Positions 37,415 through 47,390 of a stretch of DNA of 64,000 nt are shown piece after piece. The translations under genes were made by a program, and so were the position numbers. Each line of letters opens with the position of its first letter. The first letter of the stretch is position 1. The notes beneath the pieces are model-generated. The model was not told the DNA's origin, did no database searches, and saw only the letters and a list, made by a program, of their open reading frames with translations. Source of the DNA: Balanoglossus misakiensis (taxonomy: Eukaryota > Animalia > Hemichordata); contig CM082590.2 of the NCBI GenBank assembly GCA_040954595.2, positions 682,001 to 746,000 of the forward strand, read 5' to 3'.

Positions 37415-40400
37415 TTACACGGTTGAAAGTTCCTCAACAGTCTCGGAACGCATCTTCATGGCATAGTAGATAAATTTTGAAAAATTGCGTACAATAGTTG
37501 TGTTTTGAGACTGTAAAAGCTGGGTAAATTTTTGAAAGGAAGGATTTATGTAATAATACCTTGGAATATATTTTGACCTTAACTCCTGATATAGAGGACA
37601 CATCATACTAAAGTGGAACTCGTCTTCAATGCTTGTAGAATTACAATATACACAAATTCTTTCTGAGCGCTCGTTACGTAATTTTCTATCTGATTCGATG
37701 CGTAGTGCATGCGCAGAAACTCTAAAACGAAACATGGATTCTCTATGTGAATCGTTATCAATACATGATAAGTAATGCTCTTGCCCAAAGGTCATTTTGA
37801 AAGTACGATAACAGTCCATTTTGGGAAACAGACGTAAATTTGAATACCAATTCTGAATGTCAATGTCTCGACATCTCTGTTTAAATAAATTAATAAAGTT
37901 AACATCACAACCCACACCTTGATTAAGCCAAGCTTCGCCCATACCAAAAGAAAACAACAAGGTCTTAACATCATAGGCCCAGCATGGTTTACTCTTTTCA
38001 GCTTCCTTATATTGGAAAATATAGCATTTTTGCACAATACGCTGCTGTGGCATTGAAAGCAAGCGCAGCCAATATTTGATAATCCTTACAAGTCTACATG
38101 TACGAATTGTAAAACGCCCCAGCTCACCCCTAACAGCGAGAGTGGTCGCATTGCCATACAATCTCAAAATAAAACGACAGAATTTATTGTGTACTATTTC
38201 AATTTGGTCGGCCTGGTGGAAACCCCACACTTCACTTCCATACATTAAAATTGGAAGGATTTTACTATCAAAGATTTTAAATGCAAGATCAACATCGATG
38301 GAGCCAAAACGTGCAATAGCCTTCTTAACTTCAAATAAAGACTTTGAGGCTTTGGTCGCTAGATGTCTCTGTGCTTGATCCCAAAGACCCGAACTTGACA
38401 GAACAATGCCCAGGTAATTGTAAAAAGGAACAACTTCAAGTTTTGTACCATCTAAAAACCAATTTTCATCTGATTTTAACCTCCCCCCACGTCTGAAAAC
38501 AACTATCTTTGATTTACCCGTATTCACTTTTAGCTTCCATTTACATGTGTACAAAGACAACTTATTCAAAAGACGCTGGAGGCCAATAGGTGTACTGCTA
38601 AAAAGGGACAAGTCATCGGCGAATAATAAATAAAAAAGTTTGGAACATGCAATATGAACTCCTGCAAAGTTGTGATGTACAGCTTTACCAAGGTCATTGA
38701 TGAAAAGAGTGAAAAGCAGAGGTGATAAAATATTGCCCTGCTGGACGCCAAGTTCACATCTGAGAAAATCAGTTTTTCCCACAGGTGTACGAATACATGC
38801 TTTAACATCGGAGTACATAGAACGTAAAACGGTAAAAAGTTTCCCTCGAATTCCCATTTTGAATAACTTATAAAATAGCAATGCATGATTGACCTTATCA
38901 AATGCTTTTTCGAAATCAATAAATGCGCAATAAAGTCTTCCACTGAGTGACATGTAATGAGAAATGATTGTGTATAAAATAAAAATGTTGTCAATGGTAC
39001 AATAGCCTTTCCTGAACCCAGCTTGCTCTTCCACGAGAGGACAATGGTGTTCAACCCATTCGAGCAATCTACGGTACACAATATCGCAAAAAATCTTTGT
39101 AACAGCTGGTAACAACGTTATTCCCCGATAGTTATTTACATTTTCTCTTGAACCTTTCTTATGTAGTGGAACGATAAGTCCTGAAACCCAATCATTTGGA
39201 AATGCGCCAGTGTCCAAAATTTTGTTACAAAGCACAAGGAGAATTTCTTTAAACGACTCTGGGGCATGTTTAAGAATATCAGGCGACATTCCGTCCATGC
39301 CTGGTGCCTTGTTAGTTTTTAAACGAGTGAACGCATTTTCTATAGTGATTTCGTTGTCAAGTATATCAATACTATCAACAAAGTTAACATCTGTATTTAC
39401 ATCGAGATTCTCTAAGAATGCACGCACTTCATTATAAAACACATTATCTCTTGGTGAAAAAGCATGTGTAGGAGTCTCTGAGAATAAACTGGAAAAGAAA
39501 TTAAACCAATCATCAAGGGGAATACGTTCAGATGGACCACATGTTTTACTTTTGAGAAGATCCCAGAAGGCTTTAGAATTGTGGTTCTTTGCAGCCATTG
39601 CGAGCTTAAACTTTTGATTCTCGATATGAGACCTTTTTTTCATATTTAGAAGAGAACGGTAAGTATTTCTAAGCAGGATGTAACAATTCAGACTATCTGT
39701 TGATCTCAAAGTGCGGAACTGACTCAGAGCTTTGTTGACCTGTCTTTTCATTTGGTGACATTCCTTATCAAACCAAACATTTTTTCTATGTGAAGTGCGA
39801 AATGAAGATTTTTTTGAAGATCTCATACAACTTGCAGCATTTTCTAACATTAGCAACACAATATCAGCTGCTTCAGAAACATTATCATCAGCAATAGCGT
39901 TATAAAATACATCTTGAAAAGTTCTAAAAGATTCACCAACCCAATACATGTTAAACGTGTCTACATATTTATCATTCCAATAATATCTGTTGGGAATTTC
40001 TGCAGCGACATTATCCCTTGAATTTCTATCTACAGCAATTTCAACAGCAAGATTAAATGTCACTGGTAGGTGGTCAGAATCTGGTCTTTGACAGACGGCA
40101 AAATCACTGAATAAACTGAAATCACAAAACTGGGACAAAACATAATCGATAACACTGGCTCCTGAATGCGTGATACATGTGAAATGTCCAATACCCTTGT
40201 CTCTATACAGCCTTCCATTAATAATTCTAAAGCCAGAGCTTTAGAAGTTGTTTACCATAGAAATTAACACAATTATCGTTTGAAAACCTTATTGGAAGTT
40301 GTTCATTTGGAAAAGAAAAATCACCATGAAAATCAGACTCTTTTTCACTTTCCTGAAATACGTCTGGCTCTTCAGCCGTTCTGGCATTGAAGTCACCACA

Positions 40401-40916
40401 GATGAAATACTTGTAATCTGGAAAATGAGCTGTGTAATTTACAAGCTCATCCTCAATGATTTGAAAACAAGAATGACTAGAGAAACTGCTAGAACCATGT
40501 GGTGAGAAGTAAACAATGCAAAAACAGAGCTTCAAGCTACCAGATTGGCAGAAGAACCAAACGATATCATCAGATAAATCACTACATGAAAAGGTGACAT
40601 TTTGAAAACACTGCGGTTTATAGAAGACACTAATTCCACCAGACGGACGGCCAAGTTTCTTATTTTTAGGCCGACAATGATGAAAATTAAGGTAACCATC
40701 AAGCTCGTAGACGTTACCTTCCTGATTCCAAGTTTCCGTTAGAAAAATTACATCATAGCTTCTAAGGTATGACAAAAACTCGAGATTTCCCCATTTGGAC
40801 TTGAGTCCGTTCACATTCCAGACAACAAAAGAAACATTTACATATGAATTAACAGAACTATGAATAACGCCTGCAGATTCTTTCTTGGAAAGAGAGCGAA
40901 GGCCTTGGCCACGATC
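37415..40916 (-). CDS. LINE ORF2: APE endonuclease, reverse transcriptase, CCHC (one frameshift near 40235)
   Basis: WNVNGL...LTETW...GDFNAR...IDY...SDHLP; KAPGMDG, NYRGITL, QAGFR, FIDFEKAFD, QGNILSP, FADD. Confidence 0.9.
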
Positions 40917-41956
40917 CTATGGTTTTGATAATTTTGCAATATCATTTCTATCGCAATCAAATACAAAAATGTCCTGTTCAATGACAAGCTTATCATAGCG
41001 AAGTGAAGCAGTTTTACCATTTGATCTAGCCTCAGCTAGATAATGGCCGAGCTTACGCCTGGTTTCGCGGACTCGTGGTGAAAAGTCTTCGGCAACTCTG
41101 TAGTCTGTTGAACGCAATTTGTCCCGCGCAGCTTGTAAAACTTGTTGCCTGTCTTTATATTTCGTAAATTTCACTATAACAGGCTGAGGACGTGATTTAG
41201 TTTTGAGTCTGTGGGCTCGCTCTATATCAATGTCTTTCGGCAAAAGAAGTTTATCTGAAATTACCTCGCGAACTTTGGATTCCGACTCAGCCCAGTTTTC
41301 CTTTTCTTCTTCTTGTGTGATGTCGTGGAAAATTAGATTGTTCCTACGAAGTTGGCCGTCTTGTCTATCCTGTTCCCCTTCTGTCTTTTGGAGTCTCCTA
41401 CGAAGCTCTTTGTTCTCTGCTTCTAATTCAGCTATGCGTTGACCAGCTTCCCCAAGACGTTTTTCCACATTTCCTAGTATTTCTTTAATTTCACTGGAGT
41501 CGCTATCCGCTTTTCTTTCTAGCCTGGCAAATCTGTCTTCAATGGACGCTTGCAATGTAGACAGCTTCGAGTTGATGAAGGATTTCAGTCCGTCTAGGCC
41601 AGCGTCGCTCTTCTGCGTGTGGTCGACAGGTGGCTCGGCTGGTGACTCGGCAGATGAAGTGCCACGTGTAATATTTGCATCGGGCGCTGCCTTTGCGCGC
41701 AGAGTTTCGGTCAACTTCATTTGTCTTGTCACACATCTTTCTCCTTCAGGTTTTTCAGGCTTGATATTTGAGGTCCAGGGTTTGACTCTACATCTCCACA
41801 CACCAGTAGATTTAGAAGTACTAAAATTCGTAGAGCAAGGCTTACATGTGTTATGCCGTTACGTAATCCAATATGTCTTCCGAACCGATTTCCAGCATGC
41901 ACAGGTTGGACAAAACAACCGATTTTTTGACGCCACTGGTCAACTGAAACTCCCAT
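40917..41956 (-). CDS. LINE ORF1 (leader with 2A-like motif, coiled coil, L1-type RRM); leader offset by 1 nt
   Basis: MGVSVDQWRQKIGCF...LLVCGDVESNPGP, then ...RRNNLIFH...IERAHRL...PVIVKF...EDFS. Confidence 0.85.
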
Positions 41957-42842
41957 ATTGATGATGAAGGGATTCCTTCTACGCTTAGTTGTGATTAGGG
42001 TTGAGAATAAACGTTCAGAGTCAAATTCTGAATTGGAAAAAAAGACATTTACCGCACATCGAAATGACGGCGGTACTCACTGTTCAGCTAGAAGAGCTGT
42101 AATTAATTGCAATGATATTTAATTATACAAGTAAATTTTGGGATTATACCTGAGGTCAACAAGAATTCTGAGGTCCGGGTTCTGAGGTTCTGAAACTTCA
42201 GAGGGCTCTGAGGGGCTCTGAGTCAGAGGGCTCTGAGTCAGAGGGCTCTGAAAAGTCAACTCTACCGCCGAACTGTTGGGGGTGGTGGGATCGCGGGCTC
42301 TGGCTCGATTTCTTCTTCATCGTTCGCGCGGTTGGGGTCACCATCTTGGTCCATAACGATGTCAGGCTGGTCTTGTTCTTCATCTTCACTTTCTGAGCTA
42401 CTATCTACTAGTACTCGGTCAAAATGAGCCCAGAAAGCATCCTCGTCTTGCAATGGATCAATGCGTAACTGTCGTCGGGTCGCCATTTTTAAATCTCTGT
42501 CAACTTTCGCTAAAAATCGCTGCTTGGATATCACTATTTTTTATGTAGTCGCTCGCATAGGACTCGATTTCTAGTCATTTAGAAGGTCGCATTAGGGTCC
42601 CCTAACTTTCTAACTGGCTTTCATATGGCTGGATTTACAATGTCGGCGGGAAAATGCCTTGACGTCACCATATTGAAAAATTAGGGGTCAAAAGGTCATC
42701 CTGCGGCGGTAAACCGCCGAGCGGGGTTCAAAGGGTTAGAGACATCACAAGTCTTTAATATCCACATACAGCTTGATTCATTGTGCTAAAGAAACAAAGA
42801 ATTTATTCCTAAAGAACAACATCAAAAGGAAGCACCAAGGTT

Positions 42843-43700
42843 CTAATTTGCATATTTATGACCCCATCAAAATTCCAATTAACAAAATCAGGTAGGGGCA
42901 CCATAACACATATTCCTACCAAATTTCAGCTCCATCGTACATGTATTTAGGGAGAAGATTTTTTTCCAAAAATTCTATTTTTAGATCTAATTTGCATATT
43001 TATGACCCCATCATATCCAAATTAACTAAATCAGGTAGGGGCACCATAACACACATTCCTACCAAATTTCAGCTCCATCGTACATGTAGTTAGGGAGAAG
43101 AAGATTTTTGACCAAAAATTCTATTTTTAAGTCTAATTTGAATATTCATGACCCGATCATATCCAATTTAACAAAATCAGGTAGGGGCACCATACACACA
43201 TTCCTACCAAATTTCAGCTCCATCGTACATGTAGTTAGGGAGAGGAAAAGTTTTGACCAAAAATTCTATTTTTAGATCTAATTTGAATACTCATGACCCG
43301 ATCATATCCAATTTAACAAAATCAGGTAGGGACACCATAACACACATTCCTACCAAATTTCAGCTCCATCGTACATGTAGTTAGGGAGAGGAAAAGTTTT
43401 GACCAAAAATTCTATTTTTAGATCTAATTTGCATATTTATGACCCCACCAAATCCAAATTTACAAAATCAGGTAGTGGCACCATAACACGCATTCCTACC
43501 AAATTTCAGCTCCATTGTACATGTAGTTGTGGAGAAGAAGATTTTTACCAAAACTTCTATTTTTAGATCTAATTTGCATATTCATGACCCTATCAAATCC
43601 AAATTAACAAAATCAGTTAAGGGCACCATAACGCACATTCAAACCAAATTTCAGCTAAATATGCCATGTTGTTTTAAAGAAGAAGATTGAAATACCAAAA
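42843..43700. repeat. Tandem array of about six 145-bp units inside HINE A
   Basis: Unit starts (ctaatttg.atat) near 42843, 42987, 43133, 43278, 43424 and 43569. Confidence 0.9.
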
Positions 43701-44329
43701 GTTGACGGACGACGGACGACGGACGGACACTTATCAACCTACTGCTACAGCTCGACTGACACAAGTGACAGCAGAGCTAAAAATACAACCGTTTCTTTGC
43801 GAGTCTGTCGCCAACCACGTACGCCACTGTCGTCGGCACGTGGCCTGATCACATTGTAGTTCCGGTTTGTGTACTACACATCACACAATTGGATAATATT
43901 TGCTTGTTCTGAGGGGTATGAATATCATTATCCAATCAGAGCTCGTGTCAGTTGTCTTTGTGCGCATTAACACAGAGTGTGGGATCGATTTGATCCCACA
44001 CTCTCTATCCCACACTCCCAGTGGCCAGGAGTGTGAGAAAGACCTAGCCCCACCCAAGCAGATATCTAGGTTAACAACTCCACTAACCATAAGTGGTTCA
44101 CCTTTACATTTATTGGTTGCAATGCACCGTGAATTCCCACTGAAATTTTCCTATACATTTCTTCTGATATCACCATATCAGTTACTCCCGTATCAACCAG
44201 AAAATCCCCTGATACACCACCGGCAGAGGCCTGTATGTACATACTTCTGACACTTGTATTGTTATTAGCCGGTTGAATTTCCCTAATATTTCCAGTAGTC
44301 TGCACACATTGATCAACTGCCTCCCCTTT

Positions 44330-44389
44330 GGGTCCATACTGGTTGGCTGAGGGTTGACCCGACTTCCGCTCAGCCCCTAATCGTTTCCC
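44330..44389 (-). promoter_or_regulatory. Predicted -1 ribosomal frameshift signal (gag-pol)
   Basis: G GGA AAC slippery site just before the gag stop, then stem GGCTGAG/CTCAGCC. The -1 frame is open into the protease. Confidence 0.75.
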
Positions 44390-45194
44390 GAAACCTTGGG
44401 TCGGGTGGGACAGTCCCGCTTCAGATGCCCTGATTCATTACAGTGCCAACACACACGGCCACCAGAGGGCGCACCACTCTGAGCTTGTCCAGATGGGTTT
44501 TTTATACATGTACTAGTGTTGACAACACGGGCCTTAACCTTTTGGTCAAGTTCAGCTAATTTGTCGGTGAGCAAATCAACTTTGTTTGCTATCACCCCTA
44601 TCACTGACTCCAGAGTCTGAGCCATTTTTGCGTCGCCCGCTTCAATACCTCTCACTTGTTTACCCAACCCTTTATTGGTTTCAGGGCCACAGCTTTTCTC
44701 TAATAACTGAAAATTCTCTTCCCAAACTGTAGCCTGTATAACGTCGTCAAGTGTGGCATTGGGGGTCCTACCCGCTTCATTAACACGCCTACGCATAGCA
44801 GAATCGGTCAATGAATTGAAAAATGCGTCTATACATAGCCGTTCGAATATGTGACCTTTGGCATCAGGGTACCCAAGGGGTTACCATTTCCCTGATATCC
44901 TGTCCAAGTCCACTTAGAGACTCGCTGGGCTGGAGTAGTCTTTGTCTTAATTTTAAACGATAGGTGTCTTCCTGTCCCCCAACACCAAATCTATGATCTA
45001 GTAGTTTGCACAGTTTCTGGTATGTCAATGACTTTCTGTCAATTGATGTTAACAGCCGCTGGGCTGGCCCATACAACATGGCTTGGAGATACTTCAACTT
45101 TTCAACCTCTCTCCACTCATTTATTTCCGCATACATTTCAAAGTGTGCGAAATAATCATGCCATGCAAGCGATCCATCACACTTATCAGGTTTA

Positions 45195-46245
45195 GGGACC
45201 GTTCAGTTTTTACGGCAGGGGGGGGGGCGGCAAGTTTGTGTCATGGGTTTTCAAAATCAGGCCGACCCCCCCTTCTCCCAGGACCAAAAAATGATGACCC
45301 CCCCCCCTTTGACAGACCCAAAAATATGATGACCCCCCACGCTGAAAACATTCGCCGTCCTGATCCTATGTACACTGTATGCAATAAAGGGAATGAGGCT
45401 CCTCACACCTCAATTATAAATTTCTTAAAGTAATTGAAGTATATAACAGTATATCGTTGCAAAAAAGAAATCTATGAACAAAATAAAATGACCAGTCAAT
45501 ACACTAGTTGCTAGAATTGGTAAAACAAGAAAAGTGGCGGGGTTGGGCGTGACATAAGAAAATTTTGTAAAATACGGTGCTCAAAGTTGCATTTTAATGA
45601 ACTCTAGAGCAAATTAACCCAATGATAGGAAGGACAAATTTTAATTTTGCCACTCCATTCAAAGTAGGCATTGGGTTAGGGTGGCAAGAAGTCCGCCCTG
45701 GTAAACAAGACAGACCAACCATGAACTCAAAAGCAAATTATCTCAATGTTTGGGAGGACCAATTTAACTTTTTGCCACTCCACTCAAAGTTAGAAGATTT
45801 GGCGTCATCTTCGTCATGACATCATTTATAAAACTTCTAGTACACAGAAGATGCAGCGCGAAACTATCAGTTGTGCGAAATGGTTTAAACGATTTTTCTC
45901 CTTTATGTATTTACTTTGTTAAATATTATCATCGGCGGTGGTTGGGGTGGCAAGCACTCTGCCCTGGTACACTAGACAAGCCAGCAAACAATGACATGTG
46001 GCGGAGAATGAAGGGGTGGGTGTGGGAGGGGGTGTCCCCCTACCACTTTAGAAAATTTTGTAAAATAAAGGGCGCGTAACTGCAATTTTGTGGACTCAAA
46101 AGCAAAAGTTCGGTGGCAAAAGTATGTGACCCCCCCTAAACGTTTAAAAAAACAGATGACCCCCCCTTTTGGACTTCAAAATTTAAGTGACCCCCCCCCC
46201 CCTGGATTTTGCCGCCCCCCGCGGCCGTAAAAACTGAACGGTCCC
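45195..46245. mobile_element. PIF/Harbinger-type MITE, copy 2 (inverted relative to 8322-9500)
   Basis: TIR GGGACCGTTCAGTTTTTACGGC with TSD TTA. Confidence 0.85.
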
Positions 46246-46920
46246 TTAAGTATGGACCCGTGTTTACGTGTACATGATTTGCCTACTGGCAGGGGTGTAG
46301 CTACCTCACACAAAGCTGTAGAGGCAAACCTGTTTTCGACCGCGGAGGGCGCTGTCTGCCCCCGACTTCAGGTGATTTTGACATTTCATTATCCATAAAC
46401 AATCGTTTCGGAATTGCCCCGTTATTCTCTGACACTGCAGATGAGAAGTTCATGCTCGTTCCTTTCTTACTTGAATTCCACAAAGATTCGTATAAATTCG
46501 CCTTTCGAGTAGCAGCCTGCCTCTGAAATCTCTCTTGCTCAAGAGCACGGCGTAATGTCTCTAGTTCATTGTCTGTGCTGTCTGCAGGCTTATCAAAATT
46601 TCTAGCATCGCTGGGTGTGGGTCTAGTTTCCGTCTCCGTCACCGTTATTTCATCTGTACTATCGACATCGTCTGTAAGTTTCCCTTTGAAACTAACAATT
46701 CCACTATCACCCACAACGTGTTTATCATCTGCTTTCGCCGCAATGCTCAAGTTCCTCTATAGATCCTTCACCACGCACGGCGATATACCGCAGTGCAAAA
46801 TCGGTCAGTCAATAGTTCAATCACTTCACTCGCCTACACTAACCGAGTTACTTACAGCAGATGTGGAAACTGATGCGTTCACCATGCAGTACAACTATCC
46901 CATTAACCGCTGCACACCAA

Positions 46921-47386
46921 TGTTGTAGTTTTCTCAGCGTAGCTAGATTTCACGTCGTTGACCCGGTAATGGTAGCATCGCCCACAATGAAATCCTCCCG
47001 TACACTTCGACTGGACTACCAACCACCTCGACAGGGTCGGATCGCTTGGAATAGTTGTCAGTGAATCTGTTTCCCCTGCTCTGTCTGATGCGGCGACGCC
47101 CTCTCACATGTACATTGATTCAGCACAACACCAGCCGGAATAGTTAACAAGAACAACGGATTTATTCGTATTTCGACTGTCTTACAAACTTTCACGTCTG
47201 CCCAGTTCGGAGGTGGGAACCCAAGAGAGCGAGAATGAGGTGTATCCCCAGCAAAAGTAGCCCGCCCCAACTATTACCCAATCAGCACGAATGTGAAGTT
47301 CACGTGATATAGTCCGGCCAATCACAGTTCCAGCCTACTTCCTGATAGGCTCAAGCAGCGGTAACTTTGCAAGGTTTGCCATGACA
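46921..47386 (-). repeat. Gypsy 5' LTR
   Basis: Followed on the minus strand by T-TGGTGTGCAGCGG, a tRNA-Leu-like PBS. Confidence 0.95.
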
Positions 47387-47390
47387 ATAC

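Larger units (their letters stand above)
37304..42114 (-). mobile_element. Near full-length APE-type LINE (RTE-X-like) with ORF1 and ORF2
   Basis: Candidate 12-bp TSD ATATTTAATTAT at 37292-37303 and 42115-42126. 3' GGCC-GGA-GGCC stem-loop, AATAAA and (TTA)-like tail. Confidence 0.88.
31746..42735 (-). mobile_element. piggyBac-like internally deleted DNA transposon with nested cargo
   Basis: TIR CCTTTGAACCCC/GGGGTTCAAAGG(G); TTAA target is degenerate. Acidic N-terminal transposase-like ORF at 42262-42534 and Cys-rich C-terminal domain at 34837-35052. Subterminal duplication with about 370-bp spacing at 31818-32450. Confidence 0.7.
31610..43780 (-). mobile_element. HINE family A, copy 2 (split by piggyBac)
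   Basis: 31610-31745 matches 8013-8130; 42736-43780 matches 8130-8320 plus 9501-9618. Confidence 0.8.
31264..44040. mobile_element. Hairpin-ended non-autonomous element without TSD, unclassified, inserted in the Gypsy protease
   Basis: Palindrome with arms of about 54 bp at 31267-31380. Asymmetric inverted repeat tttctcacac (31382) / gtgtgagaaa (44031-44040). Removing it restores DICLGGARS|ISPVLVAEL. Confidence 0.6.
44041..46750 (-). pseudogene. Gypsy gag and protease N-terminal half
   Basis: LKPDKCDGSLAWHDYFAHFE...; zinc knuckle CWHCNESGHLKRDC; protease FLVDTG. Interrupted by the MITE at 45195-46245. Confidence 0.88.
17118..47386 (-). mobile_element. Gypsy/Ty3 LTR retrotransposon (about 7.1 kb native, with about 23 kb of nested insertions)
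   Basis: 466-bp LTRs (TG...CA) at 46921-47386 and 17118-17583. 4-bp TSD ATAC at 17114-17117 and 47387-47390. PPT at about 17584-17593, PBS at about 46898-46919. Domain order gag-PR-RT-RH-INT. Confidence 0.95.

Noticed and set aside
42843-43700. Regular repeats as a possible CRISPR array (also 32680-33610)
   Set aside because: Units are contiguous 145-bp or 238-bp monomers with no unique spacers, there are no cas genes, and the context is eukaryotic.
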